From Planctomycetota bacterium (lineage in GTDB: Bacteria > Planctomycetota > GCA-002687715 > DRQF01), in the NCBI GenBank assembly GCA_020639295.1, contig JACKGY010000007.1, positions 39,760 to 103,759 on the forward strand: a DNA stretch of 64,000 nt, read 5' to 3'. Positions 18,115 to 26,266 of the stretch are shown here, one piece after another (within the stretch, counting starts at the first letter, position 1; the number at the start of each line of letters is the position of its first letter). Position numbers and translations under genes: made by a program. The notes beneath the pieces are model-generated. The model had not been told where the DNA came from. It was given only the letters and a program-made list of their open reading frames with translations, and did no database searches.

Positions 18115-19284
18115 GTGCGGATCGGAATCGACCTGACATCCTGGGCGAACGGACGCGGCTACGGCCGCTTCACGCGCGAGCTCGTCGCGGCCCTGCTCGA
18201 CCTGGACTCCGGCCACGACTTCCTGCTCTACATCGAGGCCGAGAATGCCGGCCTGCCGGCGGCGCTCGCCGATCGGGCCGAGATCGTGCCGGTCACGTTG
18301 TCGGCCACGCCCTCGGTCGCCGCCGGCGCCGAGAGCGCGCGCTCGCCCTTCGATCTCTGGCGCATGCGGCGCGCGGTCGCCCGCCGACGCCCGGACCTGC
18401 TCTTCTATCCGACGGTCTACTCCTGGTTCCCGCCGCCGCGCGGACTCGCCAACCTGGTCTGCATCCACGACGCGATCGCCGAGCGCTTCCCGCAGCACTG
18501 CTTCGCCAGCGGCCGCGCGCGCCTGTTCTGGAACCTCAAGGTCAAGGCCGCGATCCGCCGCGCCGGCCGCATCCTCACCGTGTCCGAGACCTCGAAGCGT
18601 GACCTGACCAGGGTGCTCCGCATCCCGGCCGCGCGGATCGACGTCGCGATCGAGGCCCCGGCGCCGATCTTCCGCCCGCCGACCGACCTCGACGCCGCGC
18701 GGTCGCGGCTCGCGGCGCTGGGCATCGGGCCGGGACGACGGCACTTCGCCTACCTGGGCGGCTTCAATCCGCACAAGCAGGTCCTGCTCCTGGTCCAGAG
18801 CTTCGCCCTGGTGGCCGCGACCCGCGACGACGTCGACCTGATCCTGGCCGGAACCCTGACCGGCGACGTCTTTCATGGCGACCTCGACCGGATCCGCCGC
18901 TTCGTGGCCGAGCACGGCCTCGCCGACCGGGTGCGCTTCACCGACTTCATCGCCGACGAGACCTGGCGCGATCTCGCCGCGACCGCGATCGCCGTGGTCC
19001 TGCCCTCGCTCTGCGAAGGCTTCGGTCTGCCGGCGGTGGAGGCCGCGGCCTGCGGCACGCCGGTGATCGCGACCACCGAGAGTCCCCTCCCCGAGCTGCT
19101 CGAGGGCGGCGGGATCTTCATCCGCCCGGACGACCCGGAGGCGCTCGGCCGGGCGCTCTTCGGTCTCGTCGACGGCGACGGCCTGCGCGCGCGACTGGCC
19201 GCCCGCGCCCTGGAACGGGCCTCGGCCCTGAGCTGGTCGCGCTGCGCCCGCGCGACCCTGGCCGCCCTGGAGGCGACCGCATGA
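18115..19284 (+). CDS. GT4 family glycosyltransferase (GT-B).
   Basis: The C-terminal ..VVLPSLCEGFGLPAVEAAACGTPVIAT.. is the GT4 EX7E-type motif. The GTG start is at 18115. Confidence 0.85.
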   Translation: MRIGIDLTSWANGRGYGRFTRELVAALLDLDSGHDFLLYIEAENAGLPAALADRAEIVPVTLSATPSVAAGAESARSPFDLWRMRRAVARRRPDLLFYPTVYSWFPPPRGLANLVCIHDAIAERFPQHCFASGRARLFWNLKVKAAIRRAGRILTVSETSKRDLTRVLRIPAARIDVAIEAPAPIFRPPTDLDAARSRLAALGIGPGRRHFAYLGGFNPHKQVLLLVQSFALVAATRDDVDLILAGTLTGDVFHGDLDRIRRFVAEHGLADRVRFTDFIADETWRDLAATAIAVVLPSLCEGFGLPAVEAAACGTPVIATTESPLPELLEGGGIFIRPDDPEALGRALFGLVDGDGLRARLAARALERASALSWSRCARATLAALEATA

Positions 19285-20546
19285 GCGGCCTCCGCATCCT
19301 GATGCCGACCACCTTCTACCCGCCCTACAACTTCGGCGGTGACGGCATCGGCATCCAGCGGTTCGTCCGCGCCCTCGCCCGCCGCGGGCACGAGGTCACC
19401 GTCGTCCACGAGGCCGACGCCTACCTGGCGCTGGCCGGCAAGGAGCCCGAACGCGGCTACGACGAACCCGAGGGCGTCGAGGTGGTCGGACTCCGGAGCG
19501 GTCTCGGCAAGCTCTCGCTGCTCCTGACCCACCAGTTCGGCCGCCCGGTGCTCCACCGTGGCCGACTCCGGGAGCTGGCCGAGCGCGGCGGCTACGACCT
19601 GATCAACTTCCACAACGTCTCGCTGATCGGCGGGCCGGGCATCTTCCGCTACGGGCGACAGACCAAGCTGATGATGGCGCACGAGCACTGGCTCGTCTGC
19701 GAGAGCCACGTCCTCTGGCGCCATGGCCGCGAGCGCTGCGACGAGCGGCAGTGCCTGCGCTGCGTGCTGAAGCACCGGCGGCCGCCCCAGCTCTGGCGGC
19801 GCGGCGGGATGCTCGCGCGCGCCGCGCGGGAGATCGACGCCTTCATCGCCATGAGCGAATTCTCGCGCCGGAAGCACGCCGAGTTCGGCTTCCCCGAGCC
19901 GATGGAGGTGCTGCCCTACTTCCTGCCCGACCTCGAGCCGGGCGAGGAGCGCCGCGACCTCGGCCCGAGCCCGCACGAACGGCCCTACTTCCTCTTCGTC
20001 GGTCGTCTGGAGAAGATCAAGGGCCTCGACGACGTGATCCCGATCTTCCGGCGCCGGGCCGACCTCGAGCTGGTGATCGCCGGCGACGGCGAGCATCGTC
20101 GCGCGCTGGAGGAGCTGGCCGCCGGCGCGCCGAACGTCCGCTTCCTCGGCCGGGTGGCTTCCGAGGCGCTCGCCCGCTGGTATGCTCACGCCCGGGCGCT
20201 GATCGTCCCGAGCGTCTGCTACGAGACCTTCGGCATCATCCTGATCGAATCGATGCGTCAGGGCACGCCGGTGATCGCGCGGGAACTCGGCCCCTTCGTC
20301 GAGATCCTGAAGACCTCGGGCGGCGGCCTGAAGTTCGGCGACGAGGACGAGCTGGAGGCGGCGATCGACTTCCTGGCCCGGAACGACGGCGCCCGCGAGA
20401 CGCTGGCGCGCGGTGGGCGGCAGGCGTTCCGCGACCATTGGTCGGAGAGCGCCGTGATCCCGCGCTACCTGGACATCGTCGCGCGCGCCGCCGAGCGGCG
20501 CGGCGACCGCGCCCTGCTCGAGAAACTGGAAAGGACCGGCTCATGA
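19281..20546 (+). CDS. GT4 family glycosyltransferase (GT-B).
   Basis: The motif ..LIVPSVCYETFGIILIESMRQGTPVIARELG.. is present. The ATGA overlaps the upstream gene. Confidence 0.85.
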   Translation: MSGLRILMPTTFYPPYNFGGDGIGIQRFVRALARRGHEVTVVHEADAYLALAGKEPERGYDEPEGVEVVGLRSGLGKLSLLLTHQFGRPVLHRGRLRELAERGGYDLINFHNVSLIGGPGIFRYGRQTKLMMAHEHWLVCESHVLWRHGRERCDERQCLRCVLKHRRPPQLWRRGGMLARAAREIDAFIAMSEFSRRKHAEFGFPEPMEVLPYFLPDLEPGEERRDLGPSPHERPYFLFVGRLEKIKGLDDVIPIFRRRADLELVIAGDGEHRRALEELAAGAPNVRFLGRVASEALARWYAHARALIVPSVCYETFGIILIESMRQGTPVIARELGPFVEILKTSGGGLKFGDEDELEAAIDFLARNDGARETLARGGRQAFRDHWSESAVIPRYLDIVARAAERRGDRALLEKLERTGS

Positions 20547-21529
20547 GAGTCCTGATCACCGGCGGCGCCGGATTCATCGGTTCGCACCTGGCCGAGCGGC
20601 TGATCGCGCGCGGTGACGAGGTCACCGTCCTCGACGACCTCTCCACCGGCGAGGTCCGCAACCTCGACGCCATCCGCGAGCACGGGCGCTTCGCGCTCAG
20701 GATCGGCTCCTGTCTCGACGTCGAGCTCACCAACGAGCTGGTCGACCGCGTCGACATGGTGGTCCACCTGGCTGCGGCCGTGGGCGTGCGCCTGATCGTC
20801 GAACGGCCGGTGCACACCATCGAGACCAACGTCCGCGCCACCGAGGTCGTCCTGGCGGCGGCGGCGAAGAAGCAGAAGACCGTGCTCATCGCCTCGACCT
20901 CGGAGGTCTACGGCAAGAGCGCCAAGGTCCCCTTCCAGGAGGAGGACGACATCTCGCTCGGCGCCACCAGCCGTTCGCGCTGGGCCTACGCCTGCTCGAA
21001 GGCCCTGGACGAGTGGCTCGGCCTGGCCTACCAGGCCGAGAAGGGCGTGCCGGTCACCATCCTGCGCTTCTTCAACACGGTCGGCCCGCGCCAGACCGGC
21101 CGCTACGGGATGGTGCTGCCCAACTTCGCCCGGCAGGCCCTGCGCGGCGAGCCGCTCACGGTCTTCGGCGACGGCCGGCAGAGCCGGTGCTTCGGCCACG
21201 TCCAGGACGCGGTCGAGGCGGTGGTCCGGCTCATGGACTGCGCCGCCGCCCGGGGCAAGGTCTTCAACGTCGGCGCGCGCGAGGAGGTCAGCATCCTCGA
21301 GCTGGCCGAGCGGGTGAAGGCGGCCTGCGCCTCGAGCTCGCGGATCGAGCTGATCCCCTACGAGGAGGCCTACGCCGAGGGCTTCGAGGACATGCCGCGC
21401 CGGATCCCCGACACCAGCCGGCTGTTCGAGGCCGTGGGTTTCCGGCCGGAGACGAGCCTCGACCGGATCATCGCCGACGTCCTCGCCGACCAGAGGGGCC
21501 GACTGACCGGCGACGAGAGGCCGCGGTGA
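20543..21529 (+). CDS. NAD-dependent epimerase/dehydratase (UDP-sugar epimerase/decarboxylase-like SDR).
   Basis: The Rossmann motif MRVLITGGAGFIGSHL and the catalytic Yx3K (..YACSKAL..) are present. The ATGA overlaps the upstream gene. Confidence 0.85.
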   Translation: MRVLITGGAGFIGSHLAERLIARGDEVTVLDDLSTGEVRNLDAIREHGRFALRIGSCLDVELTNELVDRVDMVVHLAAAVGVRLIVERPVHTIETNVRATEVVLAAAAKKQKTVLIASTSEVYGKSAKVPFQEEDDISLGATSRSRWAYACSKALDEWLGLAYQAEKGVPVTILRFFNTVGPRQTGRYGMVLPNFARQALRGEPLTVFGDGRQSRCFGHVQDAVEAVVRLMDCAAARGKVFNVGAREEVSILELAERVKAACASSSRIELIPYEEAYAEGFEDMPRRIPDTSRLFEAVGFRPETSLDRIIADVLADQRGRLTGDERPR

Positions 21530-22269
21530 GCGCCGACCGGGCCATCCTCACCTATCACTCGCTCGACGACCGGGGCTCGCCGATCTCGCTGGCGCCGACC
21601 GCCTTCGAACGCCATCTGGACTGGATCGTCGCCGCCGGCATCGCCACCGCCACCGTCGCCGACTTCCCGCTCGCCGGCGAGCGACCGGGCCTGGCGATCA
21701 GCTTCGACGACGGCTTCGAGAACTTCGCCACCGAGGCCTGGCCGCGGCTTCGCGCCCGCGGCCTTCCCGCCACGCTCTACGTCGTCGCCGGTCTGGTCGG
21801 CGGCGACAACCGCTGGGGCGGCCGCGATCATCCGGGGATCCCCCGGCTCGGCCTCCTGGACTGGGAGACGTTGGGCCGGCTGGCCGAGGAGGGCCTGGAG
21901 ATCGGCTGCCATTCGATGAGCCATCCCGACCTGCGCGGTCTCGAAGCGGGGCGCCTGGTCGAGGAGACCGTCGCCGCCGCGGACCGGATCGAGCAGATGA
22001 CCGGCCGGCGCCCCCGGACCTACTGCTACCCCTTCGGCCACGTGGACGCGGCCGCCCGGGCCGCCGTCGGCGCGCGCTTCGAACGGGCGGTGACCACCGA
22101 GTTCCGGCTCGTGGGCGCGGCCGAGGACGTCCTGCTCCTGCCCCGGATCGACGCCTTCTACTTCGCCCGGGCGGGCCGGCTCGAGGGTTTCGGCGGCGCG
22201 GGCTTCCGCGGCTTCGTCCGCCGCCGGCGTCTGCTCAGGAGAATCCGCGGGCTACTCCCGGGCCGTTGA
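21526..22269 (+). CDS. Polysaccharide deacetylase (NodB homology domain).
   Basis: The motifs ..LAISFDDGFENF.. and ..IGCHSMSHPDL.. are present. The GTGA overlaps the upstream gene. Confidence 0.8.
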   Translation: MSADRAILTYHSLDDRGSPISLAPTAFERHLDWIVAAGIATATVADFPLAGERPGLAISFDDGFENFATEAWPRLRARGLPATLYVVAGLVGGDNRWGGRDHPGIPRLGLLDWETLGRLAEEGLEIGCHSMSHPDLRGLEAGRLVEETVAAADRIEQMTGRRPRTYCYPFGHVDAAARAAVGARFERAVTTEFRLVGAAEDVLLLPRIDAFYFARAGRLEGFGGAGFRGFVRRRRLLRRIRGLLPGR

Positions 22270-22288
22270 TTGCTATAGTGAGGTCGCC

Positions 22289-22675
22289 ATGGCAAGCGCA
22301 CTGCAAGACGAGATCGCCGAGCTGCCGAAGAACGTACGCTTCGCCTTCGCCCCCCTGGTAAAGCGGGCGCTGGGCTTCGCCTTCGGTTCCACCGCGGCCC
22401 TGCTGCTGGCGCTGGTGACGATCTGGCACTGGACGGTGGACACCGTTCCGGACCACCGTCAGCACCTGCACCTCATCCAGTACAACTTCTTCAAGGGCTA
22501 CGACCCCGAGACCTTCGTCGGTCTCCTGATCGGCATGTTCTGGGCGATGTGGACCGGCTTCGTCTTCGGTTTCGTCACCGCCGCGCTACGCAACTTCTTC
22601 GTCGCCATCTGGATCATCGTGATCCGGGCGAAGGCCAATCTCCGGGCCAACCGGGACTTTCTCGATCACATCTGA
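22289..22675 (+). CDS. Small membrane protein (2 TM), paralog A.
   Basis: The protein is 128 aa with two hydrophobic helices. It shares ..L.L...NFF.GY..T..G..IG...A...GF..G.. with the next ORF. Confidence 0.55.
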   Translation: MASALQDEIAELPKNVRFAFAPLVKRALGFAFGSTAALLLALVTIWHWTVDTVPDHRQHLHLIQYNFFKGYDPETFVGLLIGMFWAMWTGFVFGFVTAALRNFFVAIWIIVIRAKANLRANRDFLDHI

Positions 22676-22691
22676 AGGCTGAGCTCTGGGC

Positions 22692-22988
22692 ATGAAGGAC
22701 GAGGACAAGGCAGCGCTGGCGACCTACGTGAACCGGCTGAACGGCAAGGCCTGGGGCATCGCCCTCGGCATGCTCTGCGGTTTCGGCCTCCTGTTCGCGA
22801 CCATCTTCCTGGTGGCCAAGGGCGGCGAGGACGTCGGCCAACACCTCGGTCTGCTCTGCAACTACTTCCCGGGCTACAGCGTCACCTACGGCGGCGCCTT
22901 CATCGGCTTCGCCTACGCCTTCGTGGTCGGCTTCGCCATCGGCCGCAGCATCTGCCTGTTCTACAACCTCGCCGCACGGAACTCCTGA
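22692..22988 (+). CDS. Small membrane protein (2 TM), paralog B.
   Basis: The protein is 98 aa. Homology to the preceding ORF is clear by eye (HLGLLCNYFPGYSVTYGGAFIGFAYAFVVGFAIG versus HLHLIQYNFFKGYDPETFVGLLIGMFWAMWTGFVFG). Confidence 0.55.
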   Translation: MKDEDKAALATYVNRLNGKAWGIALGMLCGFGLLFATIFLVAKGGEDVGQHLGLLCNYFPGYSVTYGGAFIGFAYAFVVGFAIGRSICLFYNLAARNS

Positions 22989-23080
22989 GCGCAGACCGGC
23001 CTGGAGAAAAAGCTGGAATCCGGGCCCCGGCTCCGTAGTTATCACCGTGGATGGAGCGGGACCCCGGACGGAGGTTCCGC

Positions 23081-23377
23081 ATGCGCAAGTTGTTGCTCCC
23101 CCTGGTCTTCTCGGCCCTGTTCCTGGGCCTCTCGGCCGCCGACAACCAGGCGGCCGCCCAGCGTTACTATCGCCATGGCGGCCATGACCGCCACTACCGG
23201 CAGGACTACCGCTACGATCGCCGCCGCTGGGACTGCGCGCCGCGCTACTACGAGCGCCGCTACTACGGCGACTACGACTGCGGCCCGCGCTACTACGAGC
23301 GCCGCTACTACCAGGCGCCGCGCTACTACCGCAGCTACGACTGCGGCCCGCGCTACGGCATCAGCATCCGCTTCTGA
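23081..23377 (+). CDS. Small secreted Tyr/Arg-rich repeat protein with 3 Cys (BA14K-like resemblance).
   Basis: The signal peptide is MRKLLLPLVFSALFLGLSAA. The mature part is CAPRYYERRYYGDYD / CGPRYYERRYYQAPRYYRSYD / CGPRYGISIRF. The RBS is GGACGGAGG. Confidence 0.55.
   Translation: MRKLLLPLVFSALFLGLSAADNQAAAQRYYRHGGHDRHYRQDYRYDRRRWDCAPRYYERRYYGDYDCGPRYYERRYYQAPRYYRSYDCGPRYGISIRF
23250..23360. repeat. Short tandem DNA repeat (about 60-bp unit, 2.3 copies) encoding the CxPRYYERRYY motif.
   Basis: The unit GACTGCG(C/G)GCCGCGCTACTACGAGCGCCGCTACTAC is repeated. Coordinates are approximate. Confidence 0.4.
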
Positions 23378-23469
23378 TCCCGGAGCCGACCTGGGCACGA
23401 GGCCCGCGCGTCCCCGCGCGGGCCTCCTTTCGTCTTGACCCCTTCCGGCCCCCGGCCCAGGATCGGGCC

Positions 23470-24795
23470 ATGAGAGCCCTCACCACCATGTTCCTCGCCC
23501 TGCTGCTCCTCGGCCTCTCGCTCCGGGGCCAGCAGGAGATCTGGATCAAGGACGTCGACGTCGCCATCGATCGGATCGCCGAGGTCGCCCGCCCCCTGAT
23601 CGAGAGCAAGAAGATCGACTGGCCGGGTGTCGGCGCCGAGTTCCGCAGCGAGGTCCGGAAGGTGACCAGCGACGCCGAGCACTGGCGCCTGCTCGTCCGC
23701 CTCCTCGCCCGCCTCCGGGACGGCCACGCCGAGGTCAGGCCGCTGGGCGCGGCGAAGGGCCTCGAGTGGCCCGACGAGGGCCCGCCCTACACCGGCTCCG
23801 GCCTCCTGCTCGGTCGCGCCAGGAAGGGCATCTACGTCCGCGGCGTCTTCGCCGGCGCCCGCGACCTCGGAATCGAGAACGGCTGGGAGGTCCTCGAGGT
23901 CGACGGCAAGAAGGTCGAGGACTGGCTCGCCGGGCGCATCGCGACCTTCCGCGACCTCATGAGCTTCTCCAGCGACCAGCACGCCGAGTTCTTCGCCTTG
24001 CAGCGCGGCATGATCGATCGCGAGGGCGCGGCCTGGGAGATCCAGTTCAAGACTCCCAAGGGCAAGAAGACCACGAAGACCCTGCGCTTCGTCGCCCGGA
24101 CCCGTCAGGTGCCCGAGGGGCCGGTCGCCTATCCCGGCGATCCGAAGGCGGTCCGGGTCTCGAAGGAGGGCAACGTCCGCTGGACCCGGCTCGACAAGGG
24201 CCTCGCCTACGTCCACGTCCGTCGCTCGCCGGGCAGCGTCGTCGACGAGCTGGACGAAGCTCTCGCCGAGCTGGCCGACACGACCCGGGGCCTGGTGCTC
24301 GACTACCGCAACAACACCGGCGGCGGCTTCGACCACGAGGCCTTCATGGGCCGCTTCATCCCCGAGGACAAGGAGCTGCGCTTCGTGAAGCGCTACCGGG
24401 GCCAGGGCCCGAAGCGCTACGGCGGCCCGATCGTGGTGATCGTCGACGGCACGACGGTCAGCGCCGGCGAGACCGGCGCCGGGATGTTCATGGAGGATGG
24501 ACGGGCCTACCTGATCGGCGAGAGTCCGACCGCCGGCATGAGCTCGCAGAAGACGACGATCGAGCTGCCCTCGGGCCGCTTCGGCCTCTACGTCTCGACC
24601 CACTCCAACATGCTGCGCTTCAACCAGGGTCGCGGCATCGAGGGCCTCGGCGTCCTGCCCCAGGAGATCCTGCCGCTCGACCCCAAGGACCTGGCCCGGA
24701 ACGAGGACACGCTGATCAACCGCGCGCTCGCGCTCCTGCGCCGCTTCCCGCAGAAGATGGTCCCCTACGACCCGAAGGACTTCGGTTGGAAGTAG
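23470..24795 (+). CDS. S41 family peptidase (C-terminal processing / tail-specific protease-like), secreted.
   Basis: A signal peptide is present. The S41 core has ..LVLDYRNNTGGG.. and ..VVIVDGTTVSAGE... Confidence 0.85.
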   Translation: MRALTTMFLALLLLGLSLRGQQEIWIKDVDVAIDRIAEVARPLIESKKIDWPGVGAEFRSEVRKVTSDAEHWRLLVRLLARLRDGHAEVRPLGAAKGLEWPDEGPPYTGSGLLLGRARKGIYVRGVFAGARDLGIENGWEVLEVDGKKVEDWLAGRIATFRDLMSFSSDQHAEFFALQRGMIDREGAAWEIQFKTPKGKKTTKTLRFVARTRQVPEGPVAYPGDPKAVRVSKEGNVRWTRLDKGLAYVHVRRSPGSVVDELDEALAELADTTRGLVLDYRNNTGGGFDHEAFMGRFIPEDKELRFVKRYRGQGPKRYGGPIVVIVDGTTVSAGETGAGMFMEDGRAYLIGESPTAGMSSQKTTIELPSGRFGLYVSTHSNMLRFNQGRGIEGLGVLPQEILPLDPKDLARNEDTLINRALALLRRFPQKMVPYDPKDFGWK

Positions 24796-24937
24796 GCCCC
24801 GCCGTCCCCGGGGCCGCCGAGCGCCCGCTCGACAGGACCGCGGAGCGCCTGCTCCGCAGCTTCTGCCCTTGAAACGTCACCGGTACCCCTTTGCGCAGCC
24901 GGCGCTGCGCGGTCCAGGAAGGCGAAGTCGGGCCGGC

Positions 24938-25966
24938 TCAGCCGCCGCGGCGGTGCATCTGGAGGTGCGGGTTCTTCTTCAGCGCCTCCTGGTCGGCGAG
25001 GGCGCGGCGGGTGTCGGCGAGGGCCAGGCGCTGCTCGGCGCCGCGATCCGCGCGCGCCTCCCAGCCCGAGCGGATGATGGCCGCCAGCTCCTCGACGCTG
25101 GCGCCCGCGCGGAAGGGCGTCTTCAGGTCGATGCCCTCGTGGGCGTAGAGGCAGAGGAACCAGCGCCCGTCGGCGGTGAGACGGCTGCGGTCGCAGCCGC
25201 CGCAGAAGGGCTGGGTGGTCGAGGAGATGATCCCGAAGACGCGGCCGTCCGGCAGCCGGTAGCGATCGGCCGGCGCCGAGTCGTTCTCGACCAGGGCCTC
25301 GATGGCGCCGAAGCGCGCGCGCAGGCGCTCCAGCATCTCCCAGCGCGAAACGACCTTGTCGGCCGACCAGGTCGTCGCGCCGCCGACGTCCATGTACTCG
25401 ATGAAGCGGAGCTCGGCCGAGGCCTCCTCGGCGAAGTCGAGCAGCGGCACCATCTCGTCGTCGTTGACCCCTCGCATCAGCACGGTGTCGAGCTTGAAAC
25501 CCCGGGTCATGCCGGCGCGCTCGACCGCGCGGATGCCGGCGAGGACGCGGTCGAGTTCGTCACGCCGGGTCAGGGCCTCGAAGCGGCCGCGATCGAGGGT
25601 GTCGAGGCTGACCGTGATCCGGCCGAGACCGGCGTCGCGCAGGGCCTCGATCTTGCCCTCCAGCAGGATGCCGTTGGTGGTCAGCGCCAGGTCCTTGATC
25701 CCCTCCCGGGCGGCGAGCATGGCGACCAGGCGCTCGAGCTCGCGGCGCAGGAGCGGCTCGCCGCCGGTCAACCGGACCTTGTCGACGCCGAGCAGGATGA
25801 AGGCGTCGACGATGCTGGCCATCTGGCCGAAGCGCAGGATCTCCCCGTAGGGGAACCAGTCGTAGTCCTCCTCCGGCATGCAGTAGTTGCAGCGGAGGTT
25901 GCAGCGATCGATGACGCTGAGCCGGAGATTCCGCAGGGGTCGCTGGTGCCGGTCGAGGAGGCTCAT
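24938..25966 (-). CDS. moaA: GTP 3',8-cyclase MoaA (radical SAM).
   Basis: The motif ..LRLSVIDRCNLRCNYCMP.. is the CX3CX2C cluster, and the C-terminal ..CGGCDRSRLTADG.. is the second cluster. The start is set at MSLLDRHQ (342 aa). The 90-codon N-extension of the track ORF is low-complexity. Confidence 0.85.
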   Translation of the reverse strand: MSLLDRHQRPLRNLRLSVIDRCNLRCNYCMPEEDYDWFPYGEILRFGQMASIVDAFILLGVDKVRLTGGEPLLRRELERLVAMLAAREGIKDLALTTNGILLEGKIEALRDAGLGRITVSLDTLDRGRFEALTRRDELDRVLAGIRAVERAGMTRGFKLDTVLMRGVNDDEMVPLLDFAEEASAELRFIEYMDVGGATTWSADKVVSRWEMLERLRARFGAIEALVENDSAPADRYRLPDGRVFGIISSTTQPFCGGCDRSRLTADGRWFLCLYAHEGIDLKTPFRAGASVEELAAIIRSGWEARADRGAEQRLALADTRRALADQEALKKNPHLQMHRRGG

Positions 25967-26098
25967 GCCGGAGGATAACAGCTCGCCGGGAAAGGCCAGG
26001 CGATCTTCTCCGCTCGGGCCGATCCGACGGCGGCCGGCTCCGTCCCTCCGGACGGGCCCGGTCCTGGTCCCTGGAGACCACGAGTCGGGAGGGGCCGG

Positions 26099-26245
26099 AT
26101 GACCGGCGGCGCGAGCGCGGGCAAGGGCCCCAGGGGCGAGCGGCGACGGTCGCGACGCCTGATCGGGTGGATCATCACGATGACCATCCTCGCCGTCCTC
26201 GCCCACCTGGCGTTCCTGCTCTGGAGCTTCACCCACATGCCCTGA
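26099..26245 (+). CDS. Unlisted small ORF: a 48-aa single-TM membrane peptide (MTGGASAGKGPRGERRRSRRLIGWIITMTILAVLAHLAFLLWSFTHMP).
   Basis: A strong Shine-Dalgarno GGGAGGGG lies 5 nt before the ATG. GC3 is very high. A positively charged N-terminus is followed by a 23-residue hydrophobic helix. The ORF lies on the plus strand between two minus-strand genes, antisense to the spurious extension of the moaA track ORF. Confidence 0.4.
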   Translation: MTGGASAGKGPRGERRRSRRLIGWIITMTILAVLAHLAFLLWSFTHMP

Positions 26246-26266
26246 GCGGGAGGTCCGGCCAGGGCT

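Noticed and set aside
24796-24937. Possible bidirectional terminator between convergent S41 peptidase and moaA (hairpin GCGGAGC-GCCT-GCTCCGC).
   Set aside because: It is only a 7-bp stem and is not followed by a U-run on either strand. Too weak to call.
25967-26236. 90-codon N-terminal extension of moaA in the track ORF (starting from a GTG).
   Set aside because: The extension is low-complexity (E/D/G/P/R) and not MoaA-like. Conserved MoaA begins at MSLLDRHQ..CNLRCNYC. The opposite strand here carries a better-supported small ORF with a strong Shine-Dalgarno.
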